A DNA stretch of 64,000 nt from Octopus bimaculoides. Taxonomy: Eukaryota. Where the stretch lies: assembly GCF_001194135.2 (NCBI RefSeq), contig NC_068990.1, forward strand, positions 84,251,520-84,315,519. The letters are read 5' to 3'. The position numbers and the translations under genes were made by a program. Of the stretch, positions 37,925-51,370 are shown one piece after another. The notes under the pieces were generated by a model. That model ran no database searches. It was not told the origin of the DNA and saw nothing but the letters and a program-made list of their open reading frames with translations. Each line of letters begins with the position of its first letter. The first letter of the stretch is position 1.

Positions 37925-39924
37925 GGTAGAAAACTGGCAGAGTCGTTAGCACACCAGGCAAAATGTTTAGCGGTATTTCTCCCATCGCTACGTTCTGAGT
38001 TCAAATTCCGCCGAGGTCAACTTTACCTTTCATTCTTTCAGGGTCAATAAATTAAGTCCTTTTCTTTTAGAAACTCTCTAGCAGGGGTGTAGTGTAAGGA
38101 CCTTTCTTCGCCCTGCCTGAGATTTGAAACCAAATCTACCCACTTGTTGCTTGTCAAAACAAGCAGGAAATCCTCTCCACACCAGATGATTGATGGGAAA
38201 ACACTTGACCACCAAGGAACTGTGTTGGTCAAGGAAAGGTCAGTCCTTTGTTGAGGACTAATGCTGGAATTTATGATGAAACCTACCTGGTCCATTCCAC
38301 TAATGCTGGTGTTGTGACGAATACACCAGATTCTGGATTGGTGATATTATGGTATTCGTGGTGGTGTTGTTGTTGTTGTTGATGATGATGATGATGATGT
38401 TTGGATTAGATCTTGGGGCTGTTGATTTACAACTATGATAATTTCTGATATTGTTGGTGCTATTAGTGCAGTTATTTAACCCCAGGATAACCCTCTGTCT
38501 TTATACCTGTGATTGAAAGCATCCCAACTGTAATCACCTTGATTTTTATTCCAGCAGAGCATGTCCAGGATTATATCATCCAAAATGCCCTGCTTTTTTT
38601 TAAAGATGGTAGTGTGTGATTTTGGAGGCATTTGTTTGCTATTTCTACCAAGTTAAGTGGCTGCATCATGGGTCTCTCGTTGGTTTGAGGCATTGACGAT
38701 TTTGATGATGATGGTGCTGATTAAGTCTTGGAGCTGTTGACTTCCTTCTACAGTAACAACTGGTATTTGCAATATGATGATGATGATGATGACGATGATG
38801 ATAATGTTACAGTTGATAAAGCCCCTAAGACAGTGTATGTAACATTCAAAGGCATGTGTCTGTCTGTGTGTCTGTGTGTGATGGGGTAGGTTACTAAACA
38901 CAGCAAGTGACATGTTTGTTCTTTTCCCTTTGAAATCCTCAATCATGCATTCTTTATGGTTTCTTATCTGTCATGTAACACAAGTGCCAAACTTCCAAGT
39001 GGTTATTCTATTGTGATTGGCCCATAATCTTTTCAAAGTAGGTCACAAAATCCTCACCCGCCATTTTTGTTTGTTTGTTTTAATTTATTTCTTTTTTTTT
39101 TCTTCTTTGTAATGGATAACAAACAATATTGTCACCACCACCACCACCACCACCACCATCACCACCACCGATTCCACTCCACTCTCTTCACCACTATCCA
39201 TCCCCTTGAGCATTTCCATTAGCTGTAAATAGCTATCACCACTACCACCATCACCACAATCACCATTCATAACACTGTCACCACCAACTCTCTTTCTTAG
39301 TCAAGATAGACCAGCAGATCTCCTTCTTTCTCTCTCTCTGTATGTGTATATGAATGAATGAATGTGTGTGTGCGTGTGTATATATTCTTGTTTCAGTCGT
39401 TTGACTGCGGCCATGCTGGATGGAGCACTGCTTTTAGTCGAGCAAATCGACCCCAGGACTTATTCTTTGTAAGCCATGCAGTGGGACTGATCCTGGAACC
39501 ATGTGGTTGGGAAGCAAGCTTCTTACCACACAGCCATGTCTGCACCTTATTTATTTATATATATATATATTCTTCTATTCTTTCATTTGTTTTGATCTTT
39601 GGGCTGCTGCCCGACTTTGGAGTTTCAGTTGAACAAATCTACCCAGTCGGTCGTGATTTCAAGTTTGGTATTTATTCTATCACTCTTTGTCAAATCATTA
39701 AGTGATAGGGATGTAAACAAACCTACACTGGTTGTCAAGCAATAGTGGAACCAACACAAATGTGCATGTATAGATTTAGTTAAGCTATAAACAAATAAAT
39801 TACCAGAGACCCAGAATGTGTCAGTGAAAGATTTATCCAGTTAAATATATAAGGGCCAGTCCATGCCTGCTTAACCAGAAGTCAACTTCACTGCTGACCA
39901 CCTCCTTAGCTAGCCCACAATGAA

Positions 39925-40320
39925 TTTCTTGTCTATAGTTCATCTGTCATAAATCCTTGGACAGTGCCCTACATATTACACCCCTACAGTTCATCTGACA
40001 TAAGTCCTTGGACAGTGCTCTACATATTGCACCCCACCAGAACTGTTGACTGTCATTGTAACAAGGAAGACATTTTAACTGTCCTGCCTGTGCATGTGGT
40101 TACTCGGCTCTTTGGTGACTGTTCCTTGCCAAGGGTTGGTGTTATTTGCGTGGGGTGGCCCCTATTTGGTACTTTAGCTATTTGGATGGGGCTGTCAATA
40201 TTGAGATGGGCTGGTTTCAACCTATTGATGGAAACTGTGTCTTGTTGTCTCATCACTCTTGCTGCAGAAGAGATGAAGCAATGACCAAGTGATCCTGATC
40301 CCCTGACCAATCTTGGAGGG
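39925..40320 (-). mobile_element. Ty3/Gypsy integrase C-terminal relic with a ~50-bp tandem duplication
   Basis: DTVSINRLKPAHL motif in ORF 40053-40310, followed by a purine-rich PPT-like segment. Confidence 0.7.
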
Positions 40321-40556
40321 CAGCAGTTCCAAATAAGAATTCAGTAAAAATAGTACAACTCATCCAAGTCATGGCATCATGGAGAGTGAATGTAAAATGA
40401 TGTTTAATAATTGGGACAAAAATTTCTCTTATATAATGGAATGAGAAGTGGAAGTGAAATATAAAAAGTAGGCTAATTTAATTTTCTATTTTAGAATTTC
40501 ATTTTTTTAGCAGCAACCTTTTTGATTAATTTAATGTTGTGTTTCACCTATTTCAG

Positions 40557-40603
40557 TGAAACGCTTCTGTCGGAAAGGAATACCAAATGAATATCGGGCA
40601 ACA
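40557..40603 (+). CDS. GRTP1: GRTP1 coding exon 3
   Basis: tttcag|TG AAA...; MKRFCRKGIPNEYRAT; gtaagt donor; phase 1 to 0. Confidence 0.95.
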
Positions 40604-42816
40604 GTAAGTATGAAGTTCAAATTCATTGCATAAATTTTCCTAGCTTTTTTATATTTCAAAATGAAATACACAAAAGTTAATTCAATATCAATATTTTTAA
40701 TAGAACAACAGTAATTCTATTACTAGGTACTGTGGTAAACACACTTGTGGTACCTCGAGAGTTTCTTCTACCAAGCTTTGGTTTAACCAAATTCTTGTGG
40801 GTGAAATTTTGTAGATAAGAATTGTGTGAAAGCTCATTGCTGGGTATGTTCCAGCACATGAGTAACAGACTTAATCCTTTACCTGGTTTAATAGCACCAC
40901 CTAATGCTGGGGGGTCTTTAAGTTGACTTTGTTGCAAGCAGTTAAGCCAAGCTTCTGATTTGGGGATAATTTCCTTTCTTCCTCCTCTACCAGTGACAGA
41001 GGCACTGAAAAAGGAGTTATAGATGCTGCCCTTTTTCTTTAATTTTATAGAAAGTAGAAGAAAATCATATATAAAATGTCTTTTACAGTTCTTAACCTTT
41101 CCATAGCCATATTTCTAATGAAATGCACTGATCTTGTGTTCCAATTAATTTTGAGTGGAACAAGATGTATGGTTTATTTGTTAGTGGAGGTGATGTGTAG
41201 AATCTAGTATTGTATCATAAAAGTTGATATTTGTGCATGATATAGTTGCATGAAAAATCTGCTACTCCAGTTCAACTAATTTAAACTCTATTTGAATTTT
41301 AAATGTTTTATATAAATTTATAATTTTATTGTTATAAAATTTTGACTTTTCCCTGATTTTCCATTGAACTTTCTCTCTTTGAATTCGAGTTTTTTCCCTT
41401 GTTAATATACGAAAAACATTTTAAAAAGCCAGTTGTGAATAAAAGAGTAAATACAATGATTTTTATCTATTTATTTTTGATTATTTTGATAAAAGTGAAA
41501 ACTGACTTGAAAGAATTATTTCCCTTACATACGACATCATTATATATCGTTTTGCCAGACGTTTACCCATGAATCATGATTAAAACATAAAGAAAACAAT
41601 AGTCTCAGGCTGTTCAACAACAAGAATAACAACAACAATTACCACTGTTGATTGTAGCTCTGTCTGAAGTCAACTAACATCTTATCTAAGCTGTTCCCAC
41701 CCAATATTAAGATGATTTATATTATTATAAAACCAACATGCTATTGGACCACCACAAACTACTCTACTTGTCCTGTGAACTAAACATTCCCTATTGCAGA
41801 CTGTACTTACACATATATGCTAACATGTGTACTATCTCTCTCTTACTCTTTCTCTTGCATGCATACATGCACACAATCATATCAAATTTCTCATTATTTC
41901 TTATTACTAATTCTTAATTAAGTAAATCCTATTTAAACTGATAACCCTTGCTATATACATCATCCCTATACATCCCATCCCATCCCACCCCATCCCTTAG
42001 ACACCACCCTTGCTTCCCCCACTCTCGTCTCACCCACATCCGAACACCATCACATCATACACCACCACACCACACACCACCATACCACACCAAACTACAT
42101 CACACCACCCTGCACACACTAGCACTGACCACTTCCAGCACCTACACCATCATCCACACACCTACACATGCACACCAGCCTCCTTCCACACACACATACA
42201 CGCTCTCACATACACATGCACCTTCGTTTTGGGATCACCACTACTTTATTATCCCCCCTTCTTCCTAGCTCTCCTGTGTGACCCCTCTGTCTGGCATTTG
42301 CCACGATAGATCGCATTAATCGTCGCCTTAATCATTACCAGCATTGTCTAAATCATTATCAGCATCGCCTTAATCGTTACCAGCGTCGCCTTCTAGCACT
42401 TCTGCTGGTAGCACATGAGAAAATCATTTGAGCAAGGTTGTTGCCAGTGCCGCTGGACTGGCTCTTGTGCAGGTGGCACGTAAAAAACACCATTTTGAGC
42501 GTGACCATTGCCAGTACCGTGTGACTGGCCCTTGGTCCGGTGGCACGTAAAAGCACCCACTACACTCTCAGAGTGGTTGGCGTTAGGAAGGGCATCCAGC
42601 TGTAGAAACTCTGCCAAATCAGATTGGAGCCTGGTGTAGCCATCTGGTTTCACCAGTCCTCAGTCAGATCGTCCAACCCATGCTAGCATGGAAAGTGGAC
42701 ATTAAACGATGATGATGATGATGATGATGATATGTGTATATATGATGATAATATTGGGGATAAAATCCAAAATTACAGGTAAAAACTCAATTAAAATCAA
42801 TTTATTAAAAATACTA

Positions 42817-42848
<32 letters not shown>

Positions 42849-42934
42849 GATATATATATATAGATATATGATAGGTAATATGTTATGGTTGTGATTGAAC
42901 TCACTAACCCTTATTTCACACAGTTTCAATACAC

Positions 42935-43175
42935 TTGTTTATTGTGCTGGTATGGTCATGTGTTGCATGTGAATGAGGACAGCTGTCTGGAAAAGTGTCA
43001 CACCCTGACAGTGGAGGTAACCTGTGGAAGAGATAGGCCCAGAAAAATTTGGGATGAGGTGGTGAAGCATGACCTTCGAACGTTGGGCCTCATGGAGGCA
43101 ACGACAAGTATACTGAGTCCTTTGGAGATATTCTGTGCTTGAGAAGACCCGGCAAGCCAAGTGAGACCATAACTG
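42935..43175 (+). mobile_element. RTE LINE 3' coding relic
   Basis: WYGHVLHVNEDSCLEKCHTLTVEVTCGRDRPRKIWDEVVKHDLRTLGL. Confidence 0.8.
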
Positions 43176-43685
43176 CCCTCATTCTGATCATGCAGGCAAA
43201 GACTATGGGAACCGTTCTCTCTTATTTCTTTCCTTAACCCACTGAAACACTAAAGTGAATAAGGTAATGTAGCTGCAATCAGGACCCGAAACCACATTAT
43301 GGACATAGTTATATCGTTGTGCATGTACTAAACTACAGCACTTAGCTGGATGGTTGTGTCTGTTCTACATTGTAAGGCTTTAGATAATAAGAGGATTATC
43401 AGTCTGCTATATTATAGGACATACCTAACCAGATAATCATGCCCATGCAACACTGAAATGTTTATCGGGTTTAGCAACAGCAATGATACGACATGTGAAA
43501 GTTTACAGCTTAATGCTAAGGAACACCTATGTTGCACATCATTTCAAGTGTTGTGACCATTACTGAACAGCTGGACGTTGAATGGAAACATTTCATGAAA
43601 ACTCTTCATTGTTGTATTGATATATATTTGCTTTGTTGTATGTGTTTTTGTATAATTTTGTTTGTAACTGTATATTTTTTTGTAG

Positions 43686-43797
43686 GCCTGGATGTCACTG
43701 TCCAAAGCAGACAAATATATGAAGAATAACCCAAGCTTATATCAAGAACTTCAGTCACAGACTTTGGATTTGAAAGTAGAAGAAAGCATCAAACTAG
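43686..43797 (+). CDS. GRTP1: GRTP1 coding exon 4
   Basis: tgtag acceptor; AWMSLSKADKYMKNNPSLYQEL...ESIKL; phase 0 to 1. Confidence 0.93.
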
Positions 43798-44407
43798 GTG
43801 GGAATAATTTTCAAATTAAGCTAATTAGCACTAATATTATCAGCTTAGATTGAGTTTTATTGATTATTCTTTCAGTTATATTTATAAAGGAATTTTGAGA
43901 GAATTTCATGTTTCTCGAAAGAATAAAACTTTTAATCAATAGTCAGTGGCCACTCTTAGACAAGGTACAATAGTAGTCAATGACTTTAAAAAGCTATATA
44001 TCAAGCCTGTCAAATTTAAAGTAGATTAATATGTGGTGTTTATTATCAAAACAAATGTTTCTTAGATCATTAGCGCTACTCTTAATCAATTTATAGGCCT
44101 GTAGTATATCCTTTCCAGTTATAAAATTCTGCAAAGGTGAGACTCAGTTATGCAAGAACTGAGTTATCACCCCCCCCCACAAAAAAAAGACACCAGTTTA
44201 TTTTAAACAAACGATTTTCCCAAACCAATGATTAGGAATCTGTAGCTTATACAGTCATGGAATGGTTGGTGTTAGGAAGGGCATCCAACTGTAGAAACCT
44301 GACCAGATCAGATTGGAGCTTGGTGTAGCCTTCTGGCTTGCCAGTCCTGAGTCAAACCACCCAGCCCATACCAGCATGGAAAGTGGATGTTAAATGATGA
44401 TGATGAT

Positions 44408-44466
<59 letters not shown>

Positions 44467-44790
44467 GTACCTGGTGATGATGATGGTGGTGGCAGATTAA
44501 ACCATTTGAAATGTGTTTAACCAGAAACCCATAATGAGGTTGACATTTCTAAAAATATTTCCATATGATTTAAGTCTTAATTTACTTCTTATATCAAGTA
44601 AACCTTTTCATGAAAGGCAGAACTGATCAAATTGTAAGGTTATAGAATTGTCAACAAAAGTTCTGTTTGTAACCCTGTCCAGTTAATTTCCTTTAAAGCT
44701 AATTAGCCCAAATCATTGTGTGCATGCATGTGTGTGTGTGTGTTTGTACTTGCTTGTTTCTTAAATATTGTTTAAATCTCTTTTTCACAG

Positions 44791-44921
44791 ATCTTCATCG
44801 AACATTTCCTGAGAATATTTATTTCAGTGACACAAATGATACAGAGAGCAGCTTACAAGTCCCTCTCTACAACGTTCTCAAAGCCTTAGCAATAAAGAAT
44901 AAGAAAATAGCATACTGCCAG
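44791..44921 (+). CDS. GRTP1: GRTP1 coding exon 5 (TBC arginine finger DLHRTFP, YCQ)
   Basis: tttcacag acceptor; DLHRTFPENIYF...LYNVLKALA...YCQ; phase 1 to 0. Confidence 0.97.
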
Positions 44922-45119
44922 GTAAAAATTTTTGTTTTCAAATCTTTAATACTAATAATCTTTCGAGGTCAATAAATTAAGTACCAGTGAAACATTGGGG
45001 ATCGATGTAATCAACTTATTCCCTTCTTCAAAATTTCAAGGCCTCGTGCTTTCAGTAGAAAGGATTATTATTATTGTAGTTGTTGTTGTTGTTGTTGTTG
45101 TTGTTGTTATTATTATTGT

Positions 45120-45545
45120 TCAGTAGTTTTATTTTTATAACGTGCTTTCACTTCACTACCGAGCGCAGCTCTGTGCGCCTTGGGTATGTGCTGTGGTTTG
45201 CTGTGGTGCTCTTATGTTTACTGTATTGAAAGTGTTTTGCGTAGAATGTGTGCAGTACCCAGTAGTGCAATTTTCTGTATGTTATATATATTTGTAAGTC
45301 CTGGTGTTTTTGTTATGTATTTGTCTGAATATTTTTTTTATTATACCTAAGGCACCTACTATGATAGGAATTGTTTCTGTTTTTAGATTCCACATTCGAG
45401 TTATCTCTATTTCCAGGTCTTTGTATTTTGAAAGTTTTTCCATTTCTTTTAGAGAAACGTTGTCATCTGCTGGTATTGATACATCAATTAGAAAGCATTT
45501 TTTTTTTCTTCATGATCTTTGACAACTATATCTGGTCTATTTGCC
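45120..45545 (-). mobile_element. R4/Dong-type retrotransposon endonuclease domain and 3' UTR in (TTA)n
   Basis: ANRPDIVVKD..CFLIDVSIPADDN...KLSKYKDLEIEITRMW...IPIIVGALG...QKIALLGTAHILRK. TTA tracts on both sides. Confidence 0.85.
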
Positions 45546-45553
45546 TTAATTTC

Positions 45554-45614
<61 letters not shown>

Positions 45615-47378
45615 ATAGGGAGGTGGAAAAGCTGGCAAAATTGTTAGACTGCCAGGCAAAATGTTTAGCAATGTTTCATTTGTCTTTAGATTCTGTGTTT
45701 AAATGTTGCTGAGGTCGACTTTGCCTTTCATTCTCTCGGGGTCGATAAAATAAATACCAGTTGAGCATTGGAGTCAATTTAATCAACTAGCCCCCTCATC
45801 CAAAATGTCAGGCTTTGTGCCTATAGTAGAAAGGATTATTATAATTTGATTATTAATTGCTTTGTGAATTTTTTTAATGATATCAAATAAACTGAACATA
45901 CCACATCTGGTTAAATAGTATCCAAATTTTCTGGAGTTAATTAATTAATCATATTTTTCTTTGTCACAGTACATCAGAATGAGATAAGGGCTGTCAGTTT
46001 ATAATCCACCTGCTGTTTGTGCAAATTTTTGTTTTTAATTTTTAGAGTTATACCTTTATAAATGACCGACTGCAATACATTATTTATACCTACCGTTGTT
46101 GTTGATGTTGTTTTTCTTTAGTCCCAGGTTGGTCAAAGATGTTCAAGTTGTGATAATTTCATTTTTGTTTAAGATAATCAGATGACCTCATCGGCTTGTG
46201 CTTGGTGTTGTTATTGTTTACTGGTCATCTTAAAATAAATCAGAAGTAACTGACCAATCAAAACATTTGATCACGTTTTTTTTAGCTGTTGCTTTCCTGT
46301 TTCTTTCTTTTCTTTTTTTTTCCATAAAGGTACATGGCCTAGTAGTTATGTTGTTGAACTCGTGAGCATTAGGTCCTGGGTATTGGTTAGTATATATGTC
46401 ACTGTAGCATAGCAAAAAGAAACCAACCTAAGTACCAGACTTGGGTACTGTAGTTGATTTAACTGACTAAAACCTCCAAGGTGATGCTCTATTAGAGCCA
46501 CAGTCTATTGATTGAAACAAGAGAGTAAAAGCAATCCTGCTATGACCATTCCATCTATTTTTCAGACAGTTTATTTAGTACTTATTTATTTAAAAACATT
46601 TGAGTGAAAATTCCAAGGTTTATATCTTTAAATCATGAATGACCCTCATTATTCCATTCTTTTCTTAAATTTTACTTTACATTTATCCAATTCTCATCAA
46701 ACAGTTTTATGAAGTGACTTAAATTGTTGAAACCCTTTACATTCGAAACACCTTAGATTTAGCATTTTATCTCATTTTCAGCAGGAACCAGAATGGTTAA
46801 GCAAGCCTAGTTTCTGTACTGCTTTACCCCCTCCCCATCTCTCCCCCTTCTCCCCTCTCCCTCTTAAAATGGAATATAAATTCATCTGTTGACTGTAAGC
46901 TATAATCTATTCCAGCCCAGTCTATAAAGCAGCCTGGAAAATAAATTGAAATATTTAAACAAATCTATTTAATTTATTTTCTTAAATATTCTCAGATCAA
47001 CTACTTCATTTCTAATGGCAAAAACCAATTCTATTTTATCTTCTCTGTTTCTTTGATATAAATATAATGGAGTGTCTATCCAATCATCAACCTACTTAAC
47101 CTAGTATGTCCCGAATTATCTACTTTACCATATTATTAATATTTATAGGACTAGAGTATGATCCACTGAGTTATTCCCCCAGTGCATCATTGATATATGA
47201 GAGCTTAGATAGCCAAATTGACATAGAATCAACCAATGAGCCAAGAGGTTGGCAGTTCGTGCCTTGGGATCAACAAAGCTTGTGTCCAGTTTCTAGACAC
47301 TTAACTCGCAATAACCAAATTAACTTTCCTTCATTGTTTAAAGAGGACCAGCATTCATGAGTTTTCTCAGATGCTCCA

Positions 47379-47987
47379 CATCATCATCATCATCATCGTT
47401 TAACGTCCGCTTTCCATGCTAGCATGGGTTGGACGATTTGACTGAGGACTGGTGAAACCGGATGGCAACACCAGGCTCCAGTCTGATTTGGCAGAGTTTC
47501 TACAGCTGGATGCCCTCCCTAACGCCAACCACTCAGAGAGTGTAGTGGGTGCTTTTACGTGTCACCCGCACGAAAACGGCCACGCTCGAAATGGTGTCTT
47601 TTATGTGCCNNNNNNNNNNNNNNNNNNNNNNNNNCATGTGCCACCCGCACAAGAACCAGTCCAGGGGCACTGGCAACGATCTTACTTGGCTTGCCGGGTC
47701 TTCTCACGCACAGCACATTTCCAAAGGTCTCGGTCCGTAGTCATCGCCTCGGTGAGGCCCAATGTACGAAGGTCTTGCCTCACCACCTCAGCCCAGGTCT
47801 TACTGGGCCTACCTCTTCCACGGGTTCCCTCAACTGTTAGGGTGTGGCACTTTTTCACGCAGCTATCCTCCTCCATTCTCACCACATGTCCATACCAGCG
47901 CAATCGTCTCTCTTGCACGCCACAACTGATGCTTCTAATGTTCAGCTTTTCTCTCAAGATACTTACACTCTGACGGGTACTCCACAA
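47379..47987 (-). mobile_element. 5'-truncated RTE LINE (C-terminal ORF plus 3' UTR and (GAT)n tail)
   Basis: RRLRWYGHVVRMEEDSCVKKC...GRGRPSKTW...DRDLW...KTRQAK* runs into the tail shared with the SINE family. Confidence 0.9.
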
Positions 47988-48607
47988 ATAGTTTATTTTT
48001 GATGCAGATAATGTTCAAGCTTAAATATAAATTGATGTTAAGAGGGAGAATACAAGGGATTGTTGTTCTGAGAGAAAGGTGATTGGGAAATATTCAGGGT
48101 AGAGTTTGAGTGATAAGAGGAAGAGGGGCAGGTGTAATATTTGGGTTTGAGTTAGGTGAGACATACAACTTGCTGCTTTATAGGAGCAGGAACTGTTGTA
48201 GTTATAGGAGAGAGAGAGATAGAGAGAAAAGGTGGGGTGTGTGGGTATGTCAGTAAGTGAAAGTTTGCCAGTCAGTTGGACAGGCCATTTTGGATGTAGT
48301 CCAGAATGTCTGTGTTGTCTAATAGTTAAATTACTCCAGATATATGACCAATATTCTAATGTAGGAATCGCAGTTATTATGATTCACCAATGTTAGCCAT
48401 GCTAGCACTGTAGGTCACTGGTTTTATGTGGGAAAGATTACCTGGTTACTATCCAGTCCCAACAATAACAAACCTTTTCTTCATTTTATCTCAATCTCAG
48501 CAATACTCTCAAATTTACCCCTCTCCCTCCATCAACAATACCCTAAGAGTTACCTCATTGCCATAAATACACTAGAACTAACTCTGTCTTATAATATGGA
48601 CATTCCT

Positions 48608-48821
48608 AAAGCGGCGAGCTGGCAGAAATGTTAGCATGCTGGGCGAAATGCTTAGCAGTATTTCTTCTGCCTTTACGTTCTGAGTTCAAATTCTGCCGAG
48701 GTCAACTTTGCCTTTCATCCTTTCGGGGTCGATAAATTAAGTACCAGTTGTGTACTGGGGTCGATCTAATCAACTGTCCCCTTCCCCAAAAATTTCGGGC
48801 CTTATGCCTCGAGTAGAAAAG
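48608..48821 (+). mobile_element. tRNA-derived SINE, full length with a 15-bp TSD
   Basis: Head gcggcgagctggcagaa...gttctgagttcaaat. TSD aatatggacattcct at 48593-48607 and 48822-48836. Many older copies (5520-5716-, 37678-37890, 37920-38060, 45620-45840, 58135-58270-, 63585-63760). Confidence 0.9.
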
Positions 48822-48977
48822 AATATGGACATTCCTTGATCTTAATTACAATTTGACTGGATTACATGAAATGTTTGAATGAACTATAGTGTATTATTTG
48901 TATATAAACCTGTCATTTAACATATTTATTTTGTTTTACTTGGCAATGTCTTAAAGTCATTTTCTTATTTCAAACAG

Positions 48978-49074
48978 GGTATGAATTTTGTAGCTGGTTT
49001 GTTGCTTATAACTGTGAAAAATCAAGAAAAAGTCTTCTGGTTAATGGACACTTTAATGAATGAGATTTTACCAG
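48978..49074 (+). CDS. GRTP1: GRTP1 coding exon 6
   Basis: GMNFVAGLLLITVKNQEKVFWLMDTLMNEILP; canonical AG/GT; phase 0 to 1. Confidence 0.97.
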
Positions 49075-49733
49075 GTTGGTTCACGTTTCTGAGATTTTTT
49101 TAACAACATAAGAATGATAACAATAATCTTATTTTTCTGTCAGAAATGGAAGAGTTCTAGATTAAATAAATGTTTAATAGTATTTTATCTCATTTCTGAA
49201 AGCTGTAGAGACATAGCCATGTGTTTAAGCAGTTTTTTTTCAAAACTATGTGGACTCCTGTTTGATTACACTACATGACTCTTTGGGCAAAGGTTTTCAT
49301 TGTAGCCTTAGGTTGACCAATACTTTGTGAATGAAATTTGGTTGACAGAAACTGTGCAGAAACTGCTTGTGTGTGTGTGTGTGTGTATGTATGTGTGAGT
49401 AAACAGCTGCTTCTATTTGACGTAGTGTGGATGGTTGCTGGGATATGATTTTGTGATACAAAAACACATGTTATCACAGATCAATCCATGATAAGCATAA
49501 CATGGTTCACAGTAGAGCATATCATGTTATCCCAGGTCAGTGATAAATGAATCAATGATAAACAAGGTCACATGTATAATTGAATAATTGATTATATTGA
49601 CATAATACTTGACTGGCATTAATTTCATTGAAATATAAAATTCTAAGTTTTTTAACATAGAAATTAATGGAATATAGTTGTTCTGTTCTGTTTTAGTTTT
49701 TTGAAAATATTTTCTCTTTGTCTTCTGTTGTAG

Positions 49734-49797
49734 ATTTTTATAATCCTGACATGAAAGCACTTAAAGCTGAGCAGGAGTTGTTGGGACAAATTGTGAG
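49734..49797 (+). CDS. GRTP1: GRTP1 coding exon 7
   Basis: DFYNPDMKALKAEQELLGQIV; phase 1 to 2. Confidence 0.95.
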
Positions 49798-50163
49798 GTT
49801 CGTCTGTTTAATCTTTTACCATTATTAATTACTTTAAACATGTCACAAGCCAATGAGGGAGCGTTTGTATGGTTGCTTGATCAGTTAGAAATAGTGGCCA
49901 AATCTCCTTCAGGTAACAATGTATTGTTTTAAAACTGGCAGGACATATTGAATAAGGTAATCCAGATATACTATGTTTCAAAATGAAAGACAGGGTAGTC
50001 GTGGATGATATACATTCAATCATAGAACTGCTTAAGTGGAGCTAATAACCCTTGATTACTCATGAAAATTGCAAAAGTAAAATTTGAATTTAGAATGCAG
50101 AGAACTTGAACAAACATTACCAGACCTACCAGGTAATATTTTAGCAATTCTACTAGTTCACTG

Positions 50164-50205
<42 letters not shown>

Positions 50206-51018
50206 CTGTGTGCCTGTGTGTCATTGACTTGTGACTCTCGTTTGCATTTAGAAAACTGATAGTATGCAAGCTCAATAAAAAAAAACAATTATTCTGCAGC
50301 ACGCTTTCAAGCATATCTATATCAAGGGACATAACTCTTAACCAAGGGAAATAACTCGTTCAGAAAAAATAGTTTTTCTTTAGACAGCAGGAAAAAGTTA
50401 GTTAAAGTAATTTATGCAGTGAAGATGAAAGAAAGTAGAAATAATGTAAATAGTTTATTTATATGAAGAATAAATTAATTCAATGAATAAAGTTAGTTAA
50501 GTTTTTCTTTTGTGAAACAAAAAGTTACCAATCTGTGGCTCAACATTGAAAAGCTATGGGAATGTCTTGACCGTTCAACTTAGAAAATGATTGAAAACAA
50601 CAAATGAATGAAAGAATAAACAGAATTAAAAAAATTAAAAAAAGATACGGCAATAAAAAATACTTCTCACTCACTTTCAGCATTTTGCTAAATGTTTTTA
50701 TCGTATAACTAAATGGTGTAACAACTATATAATTAGTTTTACATCGTTGTAACCGAAGTAACAGCAATATAACAGTTGTTACTGTTATATAACTGGCACA
50801 ATAGTTACGTAATTGGTGTTACATTTATAGTTATAGTTTGATATATAAGTGGTGTAACAGTTAAATGTGTTATGTGACGGATGTATAACTTGTCTATTAT
50901 ATTCCTAAGTATAATGTAGGTATCCTATTTTGTAATAGGCTAATTTTTGAATAGATAAATAAAATTTTTTTAAATAAAAGCAGAGAAACACTGTTTTTCT
51001 CATGAGATCAGTCTAATG

Positions 51019-51370
51019 CAGGGGTTCTCAACTATTTTTTTTTTATCCATGGACCCCTTTGATTACTGTTTTATTCTGGTGGATCCCCATAGCCATTCAA
51101 TGTTTAAAAATTAGTTTTATAGAAACTTCTTTCAAAATTCCTGTTTTGTTTTCCACACATTAACTTGTGTAGGTTGAATTATGTAAAATGTTAGAGAAAG
51201 AAACCAAGCTATTTCTTGCAATACGTACCAGTATATACATCTAAAGCAAAATTTTTTCAGGGGCCCTTAAAATACTATTCTGGATCCCCAACTTACTATT
51301 TTATTGTGTGGACTCCCAAAATCATATATGGACCCACAGGGGCCATATGGACCCCAGTTGAGAACCACTG
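51019..51370. mobile_element. hAT (Charlie-like) MITE
   Basis: caggggttctcaact...agttgagaaccactg. TSD gtctaatg / atgtaatg (6 of 8 match). Confidence 0.85.
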
